From: Octopus bimaculoides
Taxonomy: Eukaryota
Reading direction: 5' to 3'
Assembly: GCF_001194135.2 (NCBI RefSeq)
Contig: NC_068990.1
Location: 60,806,857 to 60,870,856, forward strand
Length of the DNA stretch: 64,000 bases
Part shown: in pieces, positions 14,072 through 25,425 of the stretch
Numbering within the stretch: position 1 is the stretch's first letter
Layout of the letters: each line of letters starts with the position of its first letter
The notes under the pieces: model-generated
Database searches by the model: none
What the model saw: the letters and a program-made list of their open reading frames with translations, nothing else
What the model was told of the DNA's origin: nothing
Program-made: the position numbers and the translations under genes

Positions 14072-14259
14072 AGGTAAAGTAAATGTTAGATGTAATACTT
14101 GACAATTGTAAGCACCAGTGTATGCCAGCTCGTGGTTGAGGTGAATGAATAAATTGTAAATGCAAAAATAAAAACAAAAACACAAAAAGGATTCTGCGGT
14201 ACGTGTTTTTGTTTTTATTTTTGCATTTATAATTTATATATATATATATATATATATAC

Positions 14260-14291
<32 letters not shown>

Positions 14292-14499
14292 TTCTATGCA
14301 TATATACATATATATTTGTGTATCTTATGTATGTATGTCTATAATTGCTTAGAGAGAGATAGAGAGGGAGATAGAGAAGGAGAGAGACGTGTGTATACTG
14401 TCAGAAAAATATACATATCAGCAAAAGGTAGCTCTTGGTATTTATTCTGCTCTTGTTGAAAAGCTACTTTCTACCCTCTTTTGTCTCTTCTCCTGTCAG

Positions 14500-14600
14500 T
14501 CATCAGAAATGCAGTGAACCACAGATTGACCTGTTTGAAAATAATGACGCTATTGTTCACAAATGCATATTTCAAATAAATAAAGTATTGATGTATTTGA
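14500..14600 (+). other. Candidate 101-bp exon (unassigned; coding or UTR)
   Basis: Long polypyrimidine tract ctttctaccctcttttgtctcttctcctgtcag, then 101 nt, then GTAAGT at 14601. One open frame (HQKCSEPQIDLFENNDAIVHKCIFQINKVLMYL); no recognisable homology. (GA)-rich tract about 110 bp upstream. Confidence 0.35.
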
Positions 14601-16459
14601 GTAAGTTAAAAGTTGGTGATGGTACACATTGCTTAGGATATCAGTTTTTTGCACATGTAGGTCTGGCAGTGATAAAAGAATAGTAGATTTAGTGAATTTG
14701 TAGTAAAAGTACAATGGATTTGAGGAACTTAGCAGCTGAATAACCTAAGAAATGATGCCAGATTAGCAAAAGATTGGACCAGAAGTAATGTGTTTGTGTT
14801 GAGAGTGGAACAGGTGTAAAAGAAAAATTTATGCTCGGAAGTTGTGAAAATTTGTTAAGAAATATATATAGTAATCAATAAAGGAAGCAAGATTTAGTTT
14901 AATTAAACACTATAATAGATTTCCACAGCTGACACACATTAGAACCATTGCAGTTATAACGGTAATGTATATTTACAAATAAGAGAAGAAAATATTTAGG
15001 ATAGACTGCTTTTAATGAGAAGTCATAAATTTAACTACAGATTTAGTGAAATGTACTCTGAATGTGGTGTTAAGTATTTCGAAGACATGAACTTGCTGAA
15101 TTTTGTGTAGGTTATCAATGTTATTATATTGGGTATTAAATAATAAAATGACACCCCTAAAACCAGATTTGTTCTATTGTAAAAATTGTTTCCAGTATAC
15201 ACACACACACACACACATATATTTCCCTATCAGTATTTGATGTAGAGCCAATATTTCATTTCCTATGGCTTAGAAAAGCAGCTGCTTGCATTTTTTCATT
15301 GTATTATAATTAATGTTTCTGCCTGAGGGAATGTAGTGAAAAAAAAAAAAAAAGATAACTTTCTGATTTTATCAAGATTCAAATAAACTTGCTTTTTTCT
15401 GAAACTCTAAATCAACTATAAACAACTTAAGGTATAAATTAAAAAGAAATGGTATAATGCAAATGTATATTCATAGAAATTCACAAACAATATTTAACTC
15501 TGCAGCACTTAGTAAAAATTTTCTTTACCTAAGAAACATTGATTTTGTTTTGACAATGTTAATATTAGAAAAGCCAGCAATTAATTTTCTCTATTTTAGG
15601 AATTCTTAACATTTTCTCTCAAATGTTCAAGAAAAAACAAAACAAAACAACATAATTTAATTAATTTAACAGTTATAAAAATACCAATAATTCAATAATA
15701 ATAATAATAATAACAACAACAACTACGACAATAACAGCAACAGCAACTACAACACCATGGACAATAATGAAAATCTTTTCTTTATTAGCCACAAGAGCTT
15801 GCAGAGATACAAATAAATATGAAACTTTTACTTGGGGTTACCATAACAGAAAGGATAACATGGCGAGTGAAAAAAGAAACATGTTTGAAATTATTAAGAG
15901 AGTGAGTAATAGATGTAATACAATATGTGGAAGGACATACACAGACATATATACATACATATACACATATGCATACATGAACTCATATACATCTCTGTGT
16001 ATATATATATGTCTTACATTGTGTTCAAATGCATTCAAATGCACCATGAACACTTTTTTTGAAACCTGTGTTTTAAAAAGTGCCAACATTTTGAATGTAT
16101 TCATTTTTAAGTTTGATATAATGTTTTAATTTTCATAGTAATCTATCGTTTGCATGTATTTATATTCTGAAGCTAATTGTTTTCCTGTCATAACTTTTAC
16201 TGAAAATTGTTGGTACCACAGATGCATAATTTTGTCTCTTAATTTTGTCTGCTTGATTTTTGAAGGATGTTGATTCTTAGTTTATCTTATTGTTGATAAG
16301 TAAGGAGATTATAGTGACAGATTGTCCCATTAGTTCCTTAATGTTAAATCTCTTATAAATAGCCATAACCACAAATAATGACAGGCCAGGTGGGAATTAA
16401 TTACTGTACTAGGTTGGTTGGAATTTTTGTTAATGAATTTTAGACTCTTGCTAAGTTAG

Positions 16460-16620
16460 CCCAATGTCATTAAGCTCATCATTAAAAGTGTTTCGTTTAC
16501 AATATCTAAACTTTCTGCTAATGAGAATTCCTCTCAAAATGCAAACTACTATAATGCAGCTTTAGCAAGGATTAGGTATACCAAAAGATTTGGCACATCC
16601 TAGACAACAATACTTTATAA
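16460..16620 (+). mobile_element. Penelope-like RT-thumb fragment
   Basis: ISKLSANENSSQNANYYNAALARIRYT parallels the thumb segment at ~12170-12270. Confidence 0.55.
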
Positions 16621-17044
16621 ATGTGTAAGGATTACCAGGCTATGTTTACAAGTGTATGCACGTTGTAATACAACTAATGTGGAAAATTTTTGCTTTTACA
16701 ATAAAACTAACAAAGGCCAGAATATTATTATAATCACATGCTCACATCTGGACAAACTACTATCATAGATAATCAAAAGCACTACAAGGATATAATACCC
16801 CTTACAGGCAATAACAGGAATTATACTCCAATTTCCCTTAAAAGTGCTAATGTGAACCTGGATAACATAGATAATAAGCTCCAACTTGTAAGAAATTGAT
16901 TTCAAATTTTGGCACAAAGCCAGTAATTTTGAAGAAGGGTTTAAGTCAAACCATCCAACACATACCAGCATGGCAAACAGACGTTAAATGATGATGATGA
17001 TGTATATATGTATATATATATATGTATATGTATGTGTATGTGTA

Positions 17045-17092
<48 letters not shown>

Positions 17093-17095
<3 letters not shown>

Positions 17096-17687
17096 GGTGT
17101 GGTGAATAAACTGTTGTCTAAATTACGCAAAAATGAAAATAACACTGATATTTCATTTTAACATGTATTTACCAAAATTACATAAAGATATCTTGAAATA
17201 CTAAAGAGTAAATTTATTCAATAAAATCGCCATTGGCTTCAACTATGGCCACCAGACAACTTCAGAATCTCCTGCAACTCTGCTGGACAGTCTCCTTGAT
17301 TAAGTTGGTGAATGCTGCCATAATCCTTGCCTTCAGTTCATCTTTGGTGTTACAAGGAGTTTTGTTGGGCTCTTGCTCAACTGCGCCCCACACATAATAA
17401 TCAATGTTGACTGGATGTTTGATTTTTATCTATCTTGGCACATGTCCTCAGATTGACACCCAAACACTCTGAAATGTTTGTATTAGAGCTTCTGATGTTA
17501 ATGCCAAGTAGTACAGCATATCATTTTGAAATTTCTGTCAGAGTGAATTGCATCATTGTGCTGTTTTTCTCGCAGACAGTGCCCAACCAACCCTACTATA
17601 CTGTGTAGTTGAGAAAATCAAAAACAAACAATGCATTTGCACGAAATTAAAAATATAGAATGGTAACAATTTACCCAGCACACCCTG
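17093..17687 (-). mobile_element. Internally deleted Tc1/mariner element (maT/DD37D-like C-terminus)
   Basis: Imperfect TIRs CAGGGTGTG(G/C)TG..TAAA(C/T)TGTT; left TA intact, right site reads AA. Minus strand: MMQFTLTEISK*YAVLLGI...NISECLGVNLRT joined to DYYVWGAVEQ...KDELKARIMAAF...IVEANGDFIE*. Confidence 0.8.
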
Positions 17688-17889
17688 AATACACACACAC
17701 ACACGCACTGAAGGAGAGAGAGAGAGAATTGAAGTATAAACATAAAAAAATAAATCCACTGTAATTAATAGCTCAATTAATTACAGTTTGTTAAAGTCCA
17801 ACCCATTATAACATTGTAAATCAAAGTAGGGCCAGCTTGCTTGTATATACATAATTGACTGAAATTATCTTTATAAGCAGCATATTTAA

Positions 17890-19200
17890 AATTGAATGGG
17901 AGAAAGAGAGTCTGCTGAATGCCGACCCAACAGAGGGACCAGCTATCCGAATTGACAGTACCTTGGTAGATAAAGCAATTAAGGGTATGAAGACAGGGAA
18001 AGCCCTGACCCATCAGGAATCACTGCAGAGATGCTCAAAATATCTGGCAGTGTCGGCTATAGCCTAGTCACTGGTATAGTTAACCAGGTGATACACGAAG
18101 GAGTCATACCCAATGACTAGTGTAGCAGCACCATAGTCAACTTCTACAAAGGTAAAGGTGATTCTTTAGATACAAATAATTACAGAGGTATCAAGTTGTT
18201 GGATCAGGTAATGAAGGTCATGGAGAGGGTCACAGCCCAATTAATTAGGGAGAGAGTCAGTCTAGATGAGATGCAGTTTGGGTTTGTGCCAGGGAAAAGC
18301 ACCACTGATGCTATATTCCTGGTAAGACAGCTGCAAGAGAAATACCTAGCTAAAGATAAACCTCTGTTCCTGGCTTTCGTTGACATGGAGAAAGCCTTTG
18401 ACAGGGTCTCCTGATTCTTTATCTGGTAGTCAATGAAGAAACTAGGGATAGATGAATGGTTAGTGAGAGCGGTGCAAGCCATGTACAGGGATGCTGTCAG
18501 TAAGGTGAGGGTTGGCAGTGAAGAATTCTGGGTAGGGGTAGGAGTCCACTAAAGATCAGTGCTCAGCCCGCTCTTATTCATCATAGTCCTCCAGGCAATA
18601 ACTGAGGAATTCAAGATAGGATGCCCCTGAGAGCTCCTCTATGCTGATGACCTTGCTCTGATTGCTGAGTCACTTTCAGAAGTAGAGAAGTTTCAGGTGT
18701 GGAAGTAAGGATTAGAATTGAAGGGCCTTAGAGTCAACCTAGCTAAAACCAAAGTCTTAGTAAATAGGAAGGCAGACAAACCACAAATCTCTTCAGGTAG
18801 ATGACTCTGCTTGATCTGTAGAAAATCTGTAGGTGGAAACTCCATAAGATGTACCCAGTGTAAGCTATGAACATATAAGAGGTGCAGCAATATCAAAGGA
18901 AGGCTAACTGGGAAGATAGTTTTTGTATGTGGCAAATGCTCAGGTGCTTTAAACACTGAAAACGTGCAGAGAACAGCTTTTGTCACATTCCAGGGAAGTA
19001 ATTCATAGCTTCCATTACCTAGGTGACCAAGTTAGTAGCAGGGGTGGATACCTCTTCTGGTGACGAAGGGCCTCTCGCTCAGAATAAAAAGTAGACTGTA
19101 TTACGCATGTGTACGAACAGCCATGCTACATGGCAGTGAAACATGGGCCGTGACTGCTGAGGACATGCACAAGCTTACAAGAAATGGAGCCAGTGTGCAA
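17890..19200 (+). mobile_element. RTE-clade LINE reverse transcriptase remnant
   Basis: KAIKGMKTGKA, NYRGIKLLDQVMKVMERV, QFGFVPGKSTTDAIFLVRQLQEKY, AFVDMEKAFDRV, LLYADDLALIAE, GLRVNLAKTKV; several stops and frameshifts. Confidence 0.92.
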
Positions 19201-19231
19201 GTGAAATCAAATCAAAATCGCTGATGCGGCC

Positions 19232-19532
19232 GATGACAGTACCGCCTGATTGGTACTCGTGCCAGTGGAACGTTAAAAGCATATCCGAGCATGATCGTTG
19301 CCAGGGCCATGGATTGTCTCCCATGCTGGTGGCATGTAAAAAGCACCATTCGAGCGTGATCATTGCCAGCGTTGCCTTACCGGCACAGGTGCTGGTGGCA
19401 TGTGAAAAACAACATTCGAGCGTGGTCGTTGCCAGTGCTGCCAGACTGGCTCCCGTGCAGGTAGCACATAAAAAACATTTTTGAGTGTTGTCGTTGCCAG
19501 AACCACCCAACTGCCCCTTGTGCCAGTGGCAT
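19232..19532 (+). repeat. ~66-bp GC-rich minisatellite, about 4.5 units
   Basis: Unit approximately gtgctggtggcatgtaaaaagcaccattcgagcgtggtcgttgccagtgctgcc(t/a)gactggctccc; same unit on the opposite strand at 50455-51060. Confidence 0.85.
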
Positions 19533-19679
19533 ATTGTCTCCATGTGAGCAAAAATGGTGATGTTGTTTACATGAGATGTAAACAATATATTTTATAGCTT
19601 GGTGGTTTTATCCTATGAAAAGCAATGAAATAAAATGCTTTATTTGAAAAATAAATAATGATTGGCAACAGAAAAAACA

Positions 19680-22600
19680 TATGCAAAACAAATATTGTGT
19701 AAGGATTTCTCTTGTTGTCTTAAAGGATTGTTTTTCATGCATTCCACAAGTAAATACATTACTTTTTGTTGCATGTATAGCACACTTTATCTGAAAGTTT
19801 TAGTCTAATCCAACAATAATAGTTTATCAACTCCTGGATCTTGTTTGTTAGACAGTATAATGTTTTGATATCATTCTTTGAAATCTGTGTCCATTCATGT
19901 TAGTATGGGAAACCAGATGTGTACAGTATGTTAATGATAATGATGATGGTGCTGACAACAGCTGAGGGAAAATACCTGAAGAACGTATTTTACATAGGAA
20001 ATACATATTGTAATGAACCAGTTGTGCAACCTTACATAAAAGATTTACTGCTTCTCTAGACTGCTGCTAAATAATTCCTCCTCTAGAGATAACTTTCATG
20101 TGCCAGATGTACTGTGAGCGTTGAAAAGATGCTGTAGCAAATATTCTCAAACTTTTCTGTAGATGGACTTTAAGCTTTTAATATAGATTCAATTGTAAGT
20201 ACATCTCTTTCTTTTACATTATTAAACTTTGGACTATATGTAGAAATTTCAATTTTCTTTCAACTAAATTAATCTAACCAGTCCTTTCAGTGAATGAATC
20301 TGATCCATTGTCTGATACTACTGTCATTGAAATGCCAAATCTACAGAGGATAGAAAATGATTGTTTCCTTACACTTTCTAAGCTCCTACTGGAACATAAA
20401 AGGCTTCAATCTAAGTAATAACAAAATCAGCTATGATCAAAATATTTTGAGCATTTTGCATGTGTCTACTCCAACGCATATATAATATTTTCCAACAATG
20501 TGATCCAGGTCACTCTATAGTACAAGGTTAGCCTTTGAATTTGATTTTAGTACACATTACATGATCTGATAAATGCTTCGGTGTTTGTTTTACACCACAC
20601 CCCTGTGTATATCATAAATTGTGGAAAGGATTTTCATGTAAATAAGATTCTGGAATAAATGGCCTGTTTTTATTATTTTTTAAGATCATTCTCTACAATC
20701 AGCTTACAAGAGTGTCTGGCAAATTGTTATAATAGATTTAGTCAAGACTAATCTTTTCAGCAATACGATTCTTTCTTAAGTTAACATAGAGTGTATATGT
20801 TTTAAAATGATTTTTGATGTCTTCAACAGTCCGAAACTCAATAAAAAAGGAATTCTGCATTACTTATGCCAGAATGTAGTGTATTTGTGAAAAACGTTAT
20901 TAAACTGATCTGAGCCTTCTGTAGTCTTCAAAAAACATTAACATGACTAATTGTTTTACCAGACTTGTGAATAATTTTGAATCCATATAATAAAATGAGG
21001 GTTCACCTTGTTATTGATTGAAAAGTTCATGAGAACGGCACAGGAGTGGCTGTGTGGTAAGTAGCCTGCTTACCAACCACATGGTCCTGGGTTCATTCCT
21101 ACTGTGTAGCATCTTGGGCAAGTGTCTTCTACTATAGCCTCGGGCTGACCAAAGCCTTGTGAGTGGATTTGGTAGACGGAAACTGAAAGAAGCCCATCGT
21201 ATATATATATATATGTATATATGTATGTGTGTGTCTGTTTGTCCCCCCCCCCCCAACATCACTTGACAACCAATGCTGGTGTGTTTAGGTCCCCGTAACT
21301 TAGCGGTTCGGCAAAAGAGACCGATAGAATAAGTACTAGGCATCCAAAGAATAAGTCCTGGGTTGATTTGCTCGACTAAAGGCGGTGCTCCAGCATGGCC
21401 GCAGTCAAATGACTGAAACAAGTAAAAAAAAAGAGAAATTCAAGTTCCATTGAAATTATGCAATGATTGACGTCCAGTTTATAGTGTGAGATGTTTCTGG
21501 AATAAAACATACCTCAATGTTCAAAGCATTTTACAATTGTGTAGGCTTTACATTCAATATTGATCCAATTTTTCTGAGTACTAACAGTTGTATGCCTAAT
21601 ATTTACTACAAGCTTTCCTTTGTGGGACATTATTTTTGTTCTTGCAAACTCAGAAGCATCAACACCAAGAGTTGTTTCACAATGACTAAGAAATGAAGAC
21701 AAAACAGTATATTGTGTAAGAAATATTTGTCATCTTAAAGAAATGTTCTTGATGTATTCTCCAAAAAGAGACATTTCTTTTTTTCGCATGGAAAGGGCTA
21801 TCTATATCTGCAAGTTTTAACCAAAAGTAATAGTTTATCAACTCCTGGATCTTGTCTACTGGATGGTATAATGATTTGATATCATTCTTTGAAATCTGGA
21901 TTAACTGATATACTGGATCCTTTCAATCTAGCAATTCCTGTATTTTCTCAGTTCTTGAATTTATTCTGAATGGCTACAAAGATGAATATAGTATAGTGAT
22001 AGATAATTATGCCATTAATCCCATTGACTATAGACTGCATGATACTGGGAAATGGAGCTGCTGTTTCTAAAACCCATCAGTCAATCATCTAAGTAAAAAC
22101 TTACATTTACTATACACTGGCCATTAAAGCCCTCATGAAAACCAGTCCACCAATATGTACTTGTTAAGACAATTGAAGAAAGAAAACTTTACTCCTTGTA
22201 CACCAGTGGGTAGTTTTTGAAAATGAGAAAAAGTTTGAATCTTGTGATTTGTATGTACTTGGTAATTGGCAGACATTCTTATTTTACCATCTTTCTTTTG
22301 CACGAAAACAATTGCTGATGCATTGTTGACATCAAATGGTTCTAGAGTTATAATAATAGAGAAGCTTTTTAATTAAGAATGCCATTAACAAAATTGCATA
22401 GAAAACCACAATAAGATTTGATTATCAAATGAATTTATCATATCTTCAAAATGCTTTCCTGTTTATTAAAACAATACGCAATTTAGATAATTTTAAAATC
22501 TGTTCCTTTATAGAACATCAGTTGTTGTTTCTTTGCATTAAAACATCTTTTAGCATCCCCAAATTTTTTTTCTACATGCCTGGCAAACAACAAATTATAA

Positions 22601-22960
22601 GTTTAGAGATCCCAAACATTTTTAAACCACCAGTAGTACTTAAACCATTGTTTGCTGTAAATGACACACTCCTAGTATGTACTAATAGACCCAGGTACAT
22701 CGATAACACAAAAGAATGCTACTACTATTTGAAAAACAGTCTTCTTCCTATCCAGTCTAAACAAACATGAAATGCACATATCAAAAAAGATGTAGGATCA
22801 ATGGGTGCACCAATTCCAGTTTTGGTAAAGAGTTATCAAGCAATTCTGTACCCTCCCCATTTTTTTTGCAGCTATCATTAGAAACTGATATCAGTACAAA
22901 ATATGGCAGTGTGAAGAATATGATCCTGAAACTATGGAACACAGCATATCCAGAATGCTA
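19680..22960 (-). mobile_element. Heavily decayed Gypsy/Ty3 pol (PR?-RT-RNaseH-IN), interrupted by SINE A at 21037-21435
   Basis: Minus strand, in order: SAIVFVQKKDGKIRMSANY (RT start, ~22320), MGFRNSSSISQ, ELINYY...ADIDSPFHAKKRNV (~21800), LGVDASE...QKNWINIECKAYTIVKCFEH (RNase H), YGFKIIHKSGKTISHVN, GKYYICVGVD, LCRFGISMTVVSDNG (integrase, ~20320). Protease region (22430-22960) is only weakly recognisable. Confidence 0.75.
21037..21435 (+). mobile_element. SINE family A, full length, comparatively well preserved
   Basis: Head aggagtggctgtgtggtaag...gggttcattcctactg (A/B-box-like), internal (TA)/(TG) tract, tail gactgaaacaagtaaaaaaaaaga; several CpGs retained. Confidence 0.9.
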
Positions 22961-23491
22961 GATCTGTGACTCTGAACATGTAATTGCCTACCTCATGACC
23001 ATACATCTATTAAAGTAAAGTTGTCTGTAGCTTAATTACTGCTAGTTCAGTATGAAGATTGATTCAAAGAAAGTAATCTCCGCTTAGTTCCTGCCAGCGC
23101 CGATAAATATCCATTAAACTAACCACAGTAATAAAAAAAAAAAATGCAAAATACAATTTCATATTTTAATTTTAAAGACAATAAATACTGGTCACACAAT
23201 AAATGAAACATTTCACATACAAATGATGTAGGTAACTAATAATTCTGAAATTGATATTCTAAAAACTATTTTCCCCTTTATTTTGCAACATCAATGCTTC
23301 TTGAATAGCTTCTTTGTATTATATAGTAAATGTAGAACAACTTCAAAAAATAAGAAGTCAGTATAATCCAGTATATTTTAGAGTGGATTTGAGAATTCAA
23401 GTTAATAGAAACAATATAAAATAGGCAGCTACAGATTAAACATATCAAACATTAACTGCATGTGAAGAAATTTGGTGGTTAGAATAATTAA

Positions 23492-23712
23492 CCTTTTAAC
23501 ATTCAGATTGCTCTGTCAAATGTAATGATTATTTATGCACATTCATATGATTTAATAATGCATTACCTTGTTGCTTTGAGATCTCAATGATGTGATTATT
23601 TATTTTAAGAATAATATTGTAGGGTTAGTGTGAAAAGCCAGATCTGGCCAGTTTAGAATATAAAATAGGTAGAATATTTTGGTTGGATATGGCCGGTTTA
23701 TATGCTAAAGGA
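23492..23712 (+). mobile_element. ~220-bp TTAA-type (piggyBac-like) MITE, copy 1
   Basis: TTAA at 23488-91; collinear with 27737-27956; right end atgctaaagg. Confidence 0.75.
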
Positions 23713-24002
23713 TTTTATATTATGAGCTAGTAACCTAGCAAGTTTGGGTACTGATATGTCTGCATGGGTTAGAAACTTGCCTCCCAATCATGTGGATTCT
23801 TGTTTAATCCTACAGTGTGGCATCTTATACAAGTATCTATTTCTATAGCTTCATGTCCAGCGGATTCTTATGAGTTAAATTATTGGAATCATATGGAAGT
23901 TAGTTAAAGACACTAAATACTTTTTCTTGAGTGGTAGGTCTAATTTGGTACCCAGTTTAAAACCTCCACCTGGTACTTGGTACATTTTAGTAGATTATTT
24001 AA

Positions 24003-24218
24003 CCATTTAGCATTTAAACTAGCTATACCTGGTCCAAATATCCTGTTTTATGTTCAAAGTGACCAAGTCTAGTCTCTCACACCTGCCCTATTATAATGTC
24101 ACTCTAATAATAACAATCCCATCATTCAGATCTGAAAGCTATGAGGTAATACATGATTAATTGAAAACAATGTAAGAACAAGCATTAGATATGACAGAGC
24201 AATCTGAATGCTGAAGAG
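24003..24218 (-). mobile_element. TTAA-type MITE, copy 2 (inverted relative to copy 1)
   Basis: TTAA at 23999-24002 and 24219-22; reverse complement begins ctcttcagcattcagattgctctgtc. Confidence 0.75.
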
Positions 24219-24476
24219 TTAATGCCCTTCCTTCTACTACAACTCATGAGTTGTGCTCTCTTCCATTTCCTCATTAGCCTCTCTCTTTTCCCTATATTGC
24301 TGTTACTCTGCAACTCAACTCTCCTTTCTGGATAACCAAGCTGTAAAAAAAGAAAAAAGCTATAAAACTTAGAAATAAGAAATATAAACTTATTTCATAA
24401 TACTGCAAAGACTAGGATTACATATGTCATTGCAAATATAAATATGAATAAATAAATATACATATATGTATGTATG

Positions 24477-24509
<33 letters not shown>

Positions 24510-25214
24510 NNNNNNNNNNNNNNNNNNNNNNNNNNNNNNNNNNNNNNNNNNNNNNNNNNNNNNNNNNNNNNNNNNNNNNNNNNNNNNNNNNNNNNNNNNN
24601 NNNNNNNNNNNNNNNNNNNNNNNNNNNNNNNNNNNNNNNNNNNNNNNNNNNNNNNNNNNNNNNNNNNNNNNNNNNNNNNNNNNNNNNNNNNNNNNNNNNN
24701 NNNNNNNNNNNNNNNNNNNNNNNNNNNNNNNNNNNNNNNNNNNNNNNNNNNNNNNNNNNNNNNNNNNNNNNNNNNNNNNNNNNNNNNNNNNNNNNNNNNN
24801 NNNNNNNNNNNNNNNNNNNNNNNNNNNNNNNNNNNNNNNNNNNNNNNNNNNNNNNNNNNNNNNNNNNNNNNNNNNNNNNNNNNNNNNNNNNNNNNNNNNN
24901 NNNNNNNNNNNNNNNNNNNNNNNNNNNNNNNNNNNNNNNNNNNNNNNNNNNNNNNNNNNNNNNNNNNNNNNNNNNNNNNNNNNNNNNNNNNNNNNNNNNN
25001 NNNNNNNNNNNNNNTTTTATGTTTTATTTATATTCCTGCAGAACTAATGTGGGGTATAGAATATGGAATATACAATATATAATATAATATACAATATACA
25101 AAATAAAATAAAATAAAATAAAAATGGATGGCACCATGAAAGAAAGTATTGAATGTAGATGAAATATTGAGTGTTCAATATAAAGGATCAAATATATAAA
25201 TATAAATATATAAA

Positions 25215-25254
25215 GGCGACTCGAGTTTCAGGGCTATTTCCCTTCGTCATGGCC
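25215..25254 (-). ncRNA. Minimal hammerhead-ribozyme-like motif (one nucleotide off the canonical core)
   Basis: Minus strand GGC-C(A)UGACGA-AGGG-aaauag-CCCU-GAA-AC-ucga-GUC-GCC: stem I, core, stem II, GAAA, short stem III with palindromic loop, GUC site, stem I partner. Confidence 0.5.
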
Positions 25255-25261
25255 GGTGTGT

Positions 25262-25425
25262 GTATATTTTCAACAGGCTTCTTTCAGTGTCCATCTACCA
25301 AATCCACTCACAAGGCTTTGGTCAGCCCAAGACCCTAGTAGAAGACACTTGCCCAGGGTGCTATGCAGTGGGACTGAACCCAGAACCATGTGGTTGGGAA
25401 GTGAGCTTCTTACCACACAGCCATT
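25262..25425 (-). mobile_element. SINE family A, 5' half
   Basis: Reverse complement of 21045-21200. Confidence 0.85.

Noticed and set aside
19232-19532. CRISPR-like appearance (conserved ~47 nt plus variable ~19 nt)
   Set aside because: The variable parts are homologous to each other, the context is a eukaryotic retroelement and there are no cas genes; it is a minisatellite.
19680-21900. Direct repeats at 19680-19890 and 21700-21900 as LTRs
   Set aside because: They translate to the RT connection region (INYY...ADIDSPF) and lack TG...CA ends.
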